Origin: Selaginella moellendorffii
Lineage: Eukaryota; Plantae; Lycopodiophyta
Direction: 5' to 3'
Length of the DNA stretch: 64,000 nt
Assembly (NCBI RefSeq): GCF_000143415.4
Contig: NW_003314302.1
Coordinates: 539,476 to 603,475 of the forward strand
Positions 25,340-35,900 of the stretch are shown here, in pieces. Every line of letters begins with the position of its first letter. Position 1 is the stretch's first letter. The translations under genes and the position numbers were made by a program. The notes beneath the pieces are model-generated. The model was not told the DNA's origin and made no database searches. It worked only from the letters and a program-made list of their open reading frames with translations.

Positions 25340-26174
25340 GATGGAGCAATGCCTGTGATGGCGATAAACTCTTCCGCGGTGAGCGAGCAAGATTTCTATC
25401 TCTCTTGCGCGAAATCTTTTCTTTCTTGCTTTTTCTATTGTTTTCGATCGAGATCGTTCCAAGCGGAGACGACGAATTACGCGATCGCGATGCCGGCGCC
25501 TGTATCTCCAGTCGAGCCGCTCGTTCGCTCCTTAATCCACTCGGCGTTCGTGATGCAGTCCATCGCATGCTCCGCCATAGCCGCTGGCAGATTGCGCAAC
25601 CGGACAAGATCCTCTTCAAACCCTCGCTCATGGAAATATTTCGGAGCACCCACGCGCCTATGGCCGATTCGTAGCGCATTGCCAGTCGGAATCCATCGCG
25701 AGATCAGTGCTCACGCGGAGAGGTATGGTATGCTTCTGGAATTCTTTGATCCTTCTCCCTCAATTCTTTTTCTCTAGCACAGCCACCGTGGATAACATAC
25801 TGCCGGACAGGCAAGATGGGCCATTCACGTATCTCTTCCTTGGATCAAACAGGGATGAGAGCATGCGTTACATCAGGGATGGGATCGATCGCAAGGCCTT
25901 GCTCGCCAGCTTCTTCAGCACTGATCCAGAGCAATGCAAGTCCAGTGCTGGATGTGGGCTGGAGAAAAGAAAGTACGAGGTCGACTTGGTTCTTACCACT
26001 GCATGGCTTGTTAAGGTGAACAAATTTCCATTTGTTTGCTTTGTCGATCGATCGATCGATACCTTCTTCCAGGAGTTGCGACCGTCCACTTTAAGTCTCC
26101 TCTTCCGGACTTGTGATAGAGCACGACAATCTCGACACTTTTGCAAGAACTGCTGGAAAGGAAGAGCTCCATAG
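25340..26174 (+). pseudogene. Uncharacterised spliced gene fragment
   Basis: GC-rich blocks separated by short T-rich GT..AG segments (about 25379, 25723-25778, 26016). In-frame stop at 25672-25674. Confidence 0.35.
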
Positions 26175-26211
26175 CGGTCCTGACCAAATGGCTTGCTTGA
26201 GCATCGTCTTC

Positions 26212-26572
26212 TTACCTTCTCTCGTATAAGCTTGCCATCATCTGGTAAGCTGTGTCGCCGGCTTTGTCCATTTTCAACAACGCATCGAATGCCAGCCTTC
26301 CCAGAGCAACGTTTCCAGACTTGGAGCAGGCACTTAAAACTCCCATCCATGCTACAGCACTCACTTCTCCTTCACGAGGCATGGACTCGGCCATGGCCAC
26401 AGCGTCGTCCAGTTCATCAGCTCTGCAAAGTATATCGACCATGCAAATGCAATGATCGCGACCAGGATTCACACCATACCTTATGCGCATCTCGCCGAAA
26501 TACTTTTTGCTTCGCTCGACCAGCCCGGCATGGCTGCATGCCGTGAGGAGAGCCACAAAGGTGGCCTCGTCC
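26212..26572 (-). pseudogene. C-terminal fragment of a PLS-class PPR protein (last repeats plus E domain)
   Basis: DEATFVALLTACSHAGLV, HCICMVDILCRADELDDA, AWMGVLSAC, AYQMMASLY. Confidence 0.9.
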
Positions 26573-26575
26573 GCT

Positions 26576-28574
26576 CAAAGTCGGGGCTCTGGCAGGAACT
26601 GTAGACGACGAGACAGTTGTCCTCGTCCGGAACGACCAACGCAGTCTGTGGTTCCATGTAGAAATAGTACTGCGACCCTGTGCGCACCTGGAAGTTCCAC
26701 TCGTGATCAAAACGTGCTTGCAAAAGAAAAATTGCTCCGTTTTACCTCAGCGTTTTCGATCTTAAGACTGGCCTTGGCCATCTCTTCGGCAACATTACCG
26801 TGTTTGTCCTTCATCACATCCTTGCAAAACTGTGGGATCTCGTGGAGTTCCCCTCTGGCAACCGCTTCTTCCATGGTTAGCACGGGAGAGCCGACAGACT
26901 CCGTGTCGTAATCAATCACAACTTTGCCGGCGGCGGCCTTGGCGTTTCTCAGCGTGTCCGCAATCTGGACGAGAACAGGTTTAAAATCAATGGATTCGTC
27001 CGTAGCTTACCATAAGTCCGACGGCATGGCCCACGCACTCGACTTTGTCCTCGGCGAAGAGCTTTTCTTGAGAGAGATCGGAGACGAGGCTCATATTCTG
27101 TCCGCCAGAAGGAATGTCATCAACTCCAACGAAGGACACCGCGCCAGGCGAAGCCAGTGCATTCTCCAGCCGGATTCCGTTTACCTTGGCCAATGCTTTC
27201 GTACTGTAAACATAGACTGCGTGCACGCAGTCCCTCGGAGCTGGAATATCATCCACGTAAATAGCTTCACCGGAAGAGAAGTTTTAAGAACGAAAACTAA
27301 AACCAAAACAGAACAGCTTACCTGAAGCTTGAAGCTCTCCCATAACCTTGGACATTGGCTGTCCGACAGCTCCCTGGAGATGTTCTTGCAATGTCTGTCT
27401 CCCAGACATGATCTTTCTTGACGACCTCGGGATGCTTCCATTCTGGGCCTGTGTAATATACGGGAGCTCAGGTACAATGCTGCTGCTTGGAGCGGCTAGA
27501 GAGCTTAAGAACTTGAAGAGGAAGCTCGCAACAAGCGAAGACCTGTAGTCGGCCTTCGAGGTCCCCTTCTTCGGCACTGCACTGGAACTCCAGCTGGGGG
27601 TGTGGAGCCGGGCACTCGAGGTCTGACCTCGGCTGCCCATGGTGTTTTAGTGGCCGCGTCAACACGGATGTTAGGCGTTGTGGACGTTGATGACGAGTTC
27701 TCAAATAGAAACCTTCGCGAGCTGGATGGCCTCCAACATAACTCCACTGTCCACCACCTTCCCTTCGAGAAACCTCTCAACTTCAGTAGCACGCTGACAA
27801 GTAGGCTCTCCTCCAAAAGCACCGAACGCGAGCCTCGACTCGCAAACTCGTCCGTCACCCGAGAGATTGACGAGAAACGCCGCATTCACGTAAGCCACGG
27901 CGTTTCCGAGAGGCCGAGGTGATGCCCTGTATGAGTCAAACCTGACGTTGTCCTGCTTGCTGTAGGATGGGATGCAGATCGACTTTAAAATGCTTTTCCC
28001 GTCCCATGTAGCTGCCACAAAGTCCTCCACAGACTGCCGTGATTCTCCAAACTTCTGCGTCACCACCTTGACCGAAGCGCCGGCTCCAACCAGCAAAGTC
28101 GCAATGTCGGAGTCGAAGCCGAGCTTTTGTGCCAGGATCAGATTTCCTCCCACACTCCCCGCGTTTCTTACGTGCAAAGTTGCCACTTTTCTCATGTGCT
28201 CGGCCAACTTGAGATAAACTCCGCTCGAATCACTGCGGCCAAATGCTTCGAGGAGAGCTATAAGCTTGGATATCTTCACGGCAGCACCGACTTCAATCCC
28301 ATCCTTGGTAGCTTTCTCCTCCAGGACCTCTGGAACGGCACCGATCTCTATGAAAACTTCCGGACTGGACTGGAGATCGTCCTTGTAAATCCCTGTGCTG
28401 GTGTTTCCAGCTACGAGCCTGGCCGTGTCTTGATACCTCTCGAGCATCGTGAAAACTTCCTCCAAACCACCCGGTCGAATCCATTTCTTCGTAGAACCCA
28501 GAGCAACGAGAGAGTGATCCTGATGATCCAGAAAGTCGGGGAACCGAGAACCTTCCAGTCCTGGATTGTAGCCC
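26576..28574 (-). pseudogene. Partial duplicate of the aldehyde oxidase gene (FAD domain and start of the Moco domain)
   Basis: Near-identical to 42670-44543 including introns. It lacks the 2Fe-2S region and the 3' half, and has a 126-bp insertion at 27579-27704. Confidence 0.95.
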
Positions 28575-28577
28575 AGC

Positions 28578-29097
28578 GAACAGAGAGCTGGCCTATTTCT
28601 TCTTTCCTGTCCACGCGTCCGGTGGGTCACGTCATAAGAGCTTGTGTTAAATCAAACCACGTCGTCGTCGTGGAATGGTGGTTTTTTAAAACGCATCTCC
28701 CACCCACTTATAGGATCATCAGAGGAAAGGCAAGCAAGCACAACCCCAGCAATGATGCCTCAGGGCATCTGCAGCTTATTGATACCTTGTGTTCCACCAC
28801 CTTTTCTATGCTAAACGAATCTGCTTTACAAATGCACGGAAAACTGTTTCATGTTGTTTACGACCTTCCACATTCTACATACTCAATTCCCCCAGATCCC
28901 CTGGAATCTGTGTCCCCACCCTTCTGAAATTTATAGACAATTGTTAAATAAACAGTGTTATTAATTGAAACAAACCAGTAGTATTATGATGTTGCACATG
29001 GAAAGAGTGGCTTTGTAGAATTAAATTCCTTGTTACTCTTAGTGATGAGCATATGCTAGACATCCAAAGTGCAAATGCAAAACCTTCAACTATGTAT
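28578..29097 (-). repeat. Duplicated upstream region of the aldehyde oxidase gene
   Basis: Colinear with ~45249-45880, with indels. Confidence 0.9.
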
Positions 29098-32000
29098 AAA
29101 AATAAACTAGTAAAAAGTAAAAAGATTTAAGATTATAAACATTTAAATGTTTATAAACATTATAAAATGAATTAACCCAAAACTTAATATGCTAAGAATA
29201 TTTAAAACTCTCAACAAGGCAAACCAAAAAATAATATTAATACTTATTAGATTCTTTGCATTGTGAGTGTATGGAATATGGAAAAGGAATATAGAAAATG
29301 TGCATATCAGTTAGCCCAAAAACCCTAGTTTATATATAAGAGCAAGTGGTCTAGATTGAAATTAATCTAATGGCTACCAAAATCCTATTACACTAATATT
29401 AGCATATGGCATTATAGCTGTGGAATATTAAGAGGAGGCATTAGCAGATCTATAGGTGGCATTAATTATTCTTGATCCTTTTGTATGAAGCATTTCAATT
29501 ACTGCACATGCACAATCGTTGTTGGATGTCATGCCAAACTTTATAAACTTGTGGTTCAACTTGCCACAACACCTAATACGGTCCTTTCCACTGAGGAAGG
29601 AGCCCCTTAGATAAACTACAAACCATAAGATGGGGAAATCAGACTAACACAAAGTCATCCACTTTGTACTCTGTAGGTGGATGATGTTGGGAGTTGTAAC
29701 ACTGTTGTTTTCTTGCTTGTACGTGGTCTAGATGTTTGGCAAACTCTACTTGGACAAGTGGAACAATGCTCCTCAAATACTAATCCCACGACCTACCATC
29801 GGTAGCTCATGGCAATCATGAAAGTAAACTTAGCTTTATTGGTAATATTGGATTATGACCTACAAGAGTTTATATAGTGAAGCACCAATAGAACTTTGCA
29901 CCTTTGTGATATATGCATACCAAAGAGATGGCAAATAACTATCTTAATTCGAATGCTAAAAGTTCACATACTTTGTGATTATCCCTTTGAATGTCCGAAC
30001 AAGCTGTTCCACCAAACTGTCTAACTGTGGATGATAAGCACTGGTGAAAGTGTGGCATATCCTCAACTGAGATATCAAAACATAAAATGCCTCAACCATA
30101 AATGTGGGACCATTATCCGAAAGAATCCACTCCAGACAAGAATGCTAGAACACCACTTGATTATGGAGGAAGTATCCAATAGCAGTTGCAAAGGCATTAG
30201 CAACTTCCACCTAACGAATCAAGTAGTCAGAAGTAATAATAATATACTCATTGCCAATAGTTGATCATGGAAAAGGTCCCATAAGATTAGATGCTACCAA
30301 CTCAAATGAAAAAGAAATTATAATTGACTCCAACCATCCTTCTGCAGCATAAAGGAGAGTATTATAAGCTTGGCACCAAAAACAATTATGCACATATCAA
30401 ATAACTTCAGCCAATATAAAGACTTTTGTAGCTTTTCAGTCACACGATGATGTCCCATATGCTTGCTTAGAACAAGAGAATCATGGTAAGCATGAAGAAC
30501 CCATGGAATAAAGATTGAAGGCACCACCATGTAAGCCACAAATTTTTCCTTTCCAATTTGCCAGCTTACCTCGTCTATCTGACCAACACTGCCTTGGCTT
30601 ATGCTAAGTTCCCTCGCCAAGGTTATCGCATATTGTACCAGCTCCTACTTGGTCCTACTTGGTTTCAGCTACTCACTGCACGAGCAACGGAGAGTTAGCC
30701 TTCCATCCACGGATTCCCAAATCTCTCCCAATCCCCCTCCCCGGGTTAGACTGGACTTAAGGTTCGGCTACACTCCCCGCAGGCACAAGCAGCCAAGCAC
30801 ACCAAGCCTCCAGGTTCCTAACACCCCTTGGTACCACAAGACTTGATCATGGGACCTTCTAAATCCCAAGCCTTGGGTGCAACACTTGCTTCGGGACATC
30901 AGGGCGAAACACCGTGGCCTAACGGCCTAGTATGGGTACCTCTACCCCCCCCACTTCCATCCTGAAGGGAAGGCCCAAGCTCCTAGGAAGGGCGAGGACC
31001 AATGAGCCACAAGGTACTCAAGTGGGGCACCACTTCACATGAGCCGGGAGCACCGCAGTCGGTTTCCCTTTCGGGAGCGGGAGCTGCTCTTGAGCACTTC
31101 CCTGGGTGGCCCCTCCGGCACCACCCAAGCCCATACTCACTCCCACCCAAGGTCCCTCGGCCCTAGTCTCAACCTCAAGTCAGTTTAGAAGCACCACTGG
31201 AGAGTTCCTTCAAGACTGGTTCCTAGACCTCACTATCCCTACTATACTTTTGGAACCCCCTACAGCCCTCCCCCCCCCCCCTGGGAGACGCACGCTTTGG
31301 GCTTTCACCCCTTGACCCGTATTAGTATTTGGACTTAGTCTCAAATTCGATCTCGGACTTGATCTCGGACCTGACTTCAGATTCGGTCTCGGAATCGATC
31401 TCGAACTCGATCTCGGACTCGATCTCGGACTCGACTTCGGACTCGACCTCGGACTTGGTCTCGGACCCGATTTGGATCTCGGACTCCATCTCGAACTCGG
31501 TCTCGAACTCGGTCTCGATCTCGATCTCCGATTCGGCCTCGGCTCGATCCCAGACTCTATCTCAAACTCGGTCTCAGAGTCGGTCTTGGACTTGATCTTC
31601 GACTCGGTCTCATCTGATGAACTCTTTGTCGTTTCGGTCATGCTTTTGGGGATCCTTTAGCCTACGACATCTCGGGGAGTCGGTTCCTTACAACTCCACC
31701 ACCCATAGAAGAAGTTCAATGCCCACATCGAACGTCTCCTTTTATCCTACAACTTGTTGACCATGTCTCCGGGGGCATCCCCCCACTTAGCAGTGTGCCT
31801 AAGTTAGCCTCCCCGGCCAAGAGCCCATGACAACGGAATATAGGTGTCTCTATACCCCTCACCTCACCACGCCCTAATATGGGGTCGGGACTTGAACTTA
31901 GCCTTGCTTTACTAGGGGGTTGGGACTCAAACCCAACCTTTGTAGAATACGTCTACGGATTCGACATCCCCACGGGGAGTCAGGCGTAGTGCCCTACACC

Positions 32001-32476
32001 TGGTCGACCTAGCAAACCCATGCTAATTAGCTTACCTTCGGCACGCCTTTGGGTCCCAACATATGCCACTTGCTCAACTTTGCAAATTGATATTTTAATT
32101 GAACTTTGCATAAGTACATAGAGTTCTGCCTTGCAGAAATTCCTCCATTAGATCTCGCACGTTCGCTAGGTTCTCCTTTGGTTCCCATGTTGCCTCGCAG
32201 TGTGGAAATCCTTTCCACTTCACATAGAACTCTCTCACCTCGCGTCCTTGTCGCTTGCTCTTGCGCGCATTGAGGATGTCTTCAACTTCGTATTCCTCTT
32301 CCCCTTGGATAACCTCAGGTAAAGGTCTCACTTGGTCCTTGCGAAGCGGATCCTCAAAGTACGGCTTGAGTAAGTTCACGTGGAACACCGGGTGCATCTT
32401 CCCCATCTCTCAAGGAAGTCGGAGACGGTAAGCCACTTTACCGATTCGTGCCTCAATCTCGTAAGGCCCCGCAAAC

Positions 32477-32528
32477 CTGCTTAAGGAACTCAAGATCACT
32501 TCATTTATAGGAATACATGCATTTTTAC
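32477..32528 (-). other. Putative 52-nt GT-AG intron in the integrase GPY/F module
   Basis: CAAAG|GTAAAA...TTAAGCAG|GTTTGC. Removal gives KLTQRFAGPYEI. Confidence 0.75.
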
Positions 32529-32946
32529 CTTTGGGTCAACTTTCGGCTGATCCCACTTGGTAGCCTGAGGTTCTTGGTGTTCAGCCACACCTTCTCCCCA
32601 GCTTGGAACTCTACATCCCGACGCTTCTGGTTCGCGTACTTGGTTTGCCTTTGTTGAGCTCGTTCCAAGGAATCCCTCACTAGATTCCAGATGTTGAGTC
32701 TTTCCACCGTGAATGCCTCCACTGCGGGTAACTCTCCATGATACTCGGCCTCGCCGAGTTCCACAGGACCTTCAATAGCTTGCCCATTGATGACTTCCCA
32801 TGGACTCACCCCGATACTCGAATGTCGTGAGTTGTTATAACACATTTCCGCGAGTCCCAAATGACTTACCCAATCGGTCTGGTCTCCCAAGACATAGCAT
32901 CGCAAATAATCCTCCAGCTGCCTATTCACCCTTTCTGTTTGTCCGT

Positions 32947-32993
32947 CTGTCAAGAAGTGTTAGTGCCATCCAGCTTGACTTAATACCCCATAC
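32947..32993 (-). other. Putative 47-nt GT-AG intron in the integrase core
   Basis: GACAG|GTATGG...CACTAAC..TTCTTGACAG|ACGGAC. Removal gives STTYHPQTDGQTERVN. Confidence 0.8.
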
Positions 32994-35900
32994 CTGTCTG
33001 TGGGTGGTAGGTTGTGCTGAATTTCAACTTGGTGCGATATTATTCTAGGAGAGTTCTCCAGAACCTACTAGTGAAGATCTTATCTCGATCTGAGATAATC
33101 TCTTCTGGCCTTCCCTGTACTCGAACCACTTGTTTGAAGAACAGCTTTGCCACACCTTCCGCATCCACTTCCGTTGTGGTGGGTATGAAATGTGCCATCT
33201 TCGAAAATCGGTCCACCACCACGAATATCGCATCAAACCCCTCGCTTGGGGGAAGTCCCATGATGAAGTCCTTCGTAAGACATTTCCACGGACAATCTAG
33301 AATTGGGATGCTTTGCAACAAGCCCTCACTAGCCTTAGTCACGGCTTTGACCTGCTGACATGTTGGACATGTCTTTACATAGTCTTGGACGTCCTTAGCC
33401 ATATCTGACCAGTGATACTTCCTCTTGAGTAAGCCCATTGTTTTGGGCACTCTGCCGTGTCCCGCAAGAGGTCCATCATGACACTCTTCTAAGGCTACCT
33501 TCTTTAGTTCCCCTTCTAGGACATACACCCTCGTTTGCTTGTAATAGATGAGTCCGTTGCGTTCCGCATAGCCCGTTTTCTCTTCCGTTGGCAGCTCACT
33601 TCTCTGGTGAGCTTCCCGTGCCTCTAGATTCCTTAGCAACACTTCTTGTGCTAGACCATCGTTCTCATATGCTGTCCGCACATCGTCCCAAAAGGTTGCT
33701 GTCGCACTGGATATCGCCAACTTCAAGCTCACTTTTCAACTTAGCGCATCTGCCATGATGTTGCTCTTCCCAGGCTTGTACAGGATTTTGCAATCAAACT
33801 CGGCCAAGGCATTGGCCCACCAACCCTGTTTCCCTCTCAGGTCAGGCTGTGACAAGAAGTGTTTCGTTGCCACATTGTCCGTGTAAACCTTGAAGTGTCT
33901 CCCAAGGTATGTCGCCACTCCTTGAGCACCTTGACCACCGCAAACAGTTCCTTCTCGTGGGCAGGCCACTTCCTTTGAGCCTTGTCCAACTTCTTTGAGA
34001 AGAACGCTATTGGATGGTTGTCTTGCTTCAAAACTGCACCCAACGCAAAGTGCGAAGCATCTGTTTCTACCTCAAAGTCCTTACCAAAGTCTGGTAATGC
34101 CAACACGGGAGCCTTCCTCAACTTTCTTTTGAGGTGGACGAATGCCGCCTCGCATTCCGCTGTCCATACCATCTTCCCTTTTCCTGTTTGGTCCGTTAAG
34201 GGCAGGGCTACTCTCGAATAGTGTCTGATAAACTTTCGGTAGTAGTTGCATAGCCCCAAGAATGCCCTCAAATCATGTACATTCGATGGTCGCTCCCATT
34301 CCTGGATCGTTTGGACCTTCTCTGAGTCCACCTTGAGCCCGTCCTGGCCCACCATATGCCCGAGAAACTTTACCTTTTGTTGAGCAAAGTCACATTTGCT
34401 CTCTTTAGCATACAGTTTGTGTTCCCTTAGTTTCTCAAACACCTTCGCCAAGTGTTCAGCATGCTCCTCTAGTGTCTCGCTATAGATCAGGATGTCGTCG
34501 ATATAGACGACCACAAAGTGATCTAGATAGGGTACAAAGATGTGGTTCATCAGCGCCGAAAATGTTGCCAGCGCATTACATAGCCCGAAGGGCATCACTA
34601 GAAACTCAAAGCTCCCATACCTCGTGTTGTCTTCTCGACATCTTCCTCGGCTACCCTGATCTGGTAGTATCCTGACCTTAGGTCAATCCTCGAGAAGTAT
34701 TTTGCCTTTCCTAACCTATCGAATAGGTCCTCAATCCTTGGCAAAGGGTACTTGTTCTTCTTTGTATACTTGTTGAGCAACCGGTAGTCTATGCACATGC
34801 GCATAGATCCATCTTTCTTTTTCACAAATAACACCGGCACCCCATACGGTGACTTGCTCAACCTAACATACCCTTTGTCCACCAACTCCTCTAGTTGGCA
34901 CTTGAGCTCCTTGAGTTTTTTTTCATTCAAACGATAGGGGGGACGAACCACTGCCTCAGCACCCTCGACCAGCTCAATCTTATGTTCTATCGGTCGTGCG
35001 GGGGGCAACCCCGCCGGTAGCTCCTCCGGCATGGTATCTTGGAATTGGTCCAACACCCGCTGAATCACTAAAGGTACTTCTTCTGTTCCTGTCTTTTTGT
35101 CACTCTTCACCGAGAGTAAGCACAAAAATGCTGCCTTAGTTCCTTTAGTGAGTTGTCCTGTCGTGGACACCAGGTTTAAGCAGGAATCTTTGGCCTTTCT
35201 TTGCCCTACCTTTAGATCCTGGGCCTCCACCCTAGATCTTCTTCCTTGGGCATTTGCCAGTACCACAAGGTTTTTAGCTTGTCCATGCAGGGCTACCACG
35301 AACCGATTGAACCAATCCATTCCGAAGATCACGTCAAATCCCACCATGTCCAACACGGTGAAATCTATGTCCACCTTCCAAGTCCCCACTTCGACTCTTG
35401 CTTGTCGAAGTACCTCATCGGTGCTTTGGCTACATTGAACAAACTCTATAGTCCTTGGTTCGCCTAGCCGCTGCACTGTTAGTCCAGCTTGCCGAACTAT
35501 GTCTGCAGCCACAAAATTATCCGAAGCACCCGTATCAATAAGGATCTTAACAAAGCTACCTCCGAGCTTCCCTCGGAGGGCTAGTAGATGTCACGAATGA
35601 CTCTCTACCAAAGTTGCTTGTGTAATGAGTAACTTTGAGTTAGGGATTGGATCACATACCTCAGTTTGGACTTCACCCGACTTGATGGCCATATTGGCTC
35701 TGGCCTTCTTCGGGTAGGGACATTCCCTCGAAAAGTGTCCCGCTTCACCACAGTTGTAGCATACGTTGTTTCCCACACTGCTATACGACTTGACCTTCTT
35801 ATCTGTGGGTTTGTCTCTTTTTGCTTGACTCCCCCACATACTCGCTCGCTGGCCACCGGATTTGCCTTTCCGAAACCCCGAGAACTCATTCTTAGAGAAA

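Noticed and set aside
31612-31645. CTGATGA as a hammerhead ribozyme core (retrozyme)
   Set aside because: No correctly placed stem II and GAAA on the same strand, and the sister LTR has CCGATGA.
31210-31660. Ser/Arg/Pro- or Asp/Ser-rich ORFs (also 37600-38093, 50826-51287, 60279-61140)
   Set aside because: Translations of LTR tandem arrays, open in several frames.
32010-32130. Possible third intron after the chromodomain (AT-rich patch, GTAAGC donor)
   Set aside because: There is no conserved protein motif to test frame restoration, and the boundaries are ambiguous.
34598-34630. Further introns at RT/RNaseH frame breaks (34620, 33905, 33040)
   Set aside because: These are small deletions or C-to-T stops with no extra sequence.
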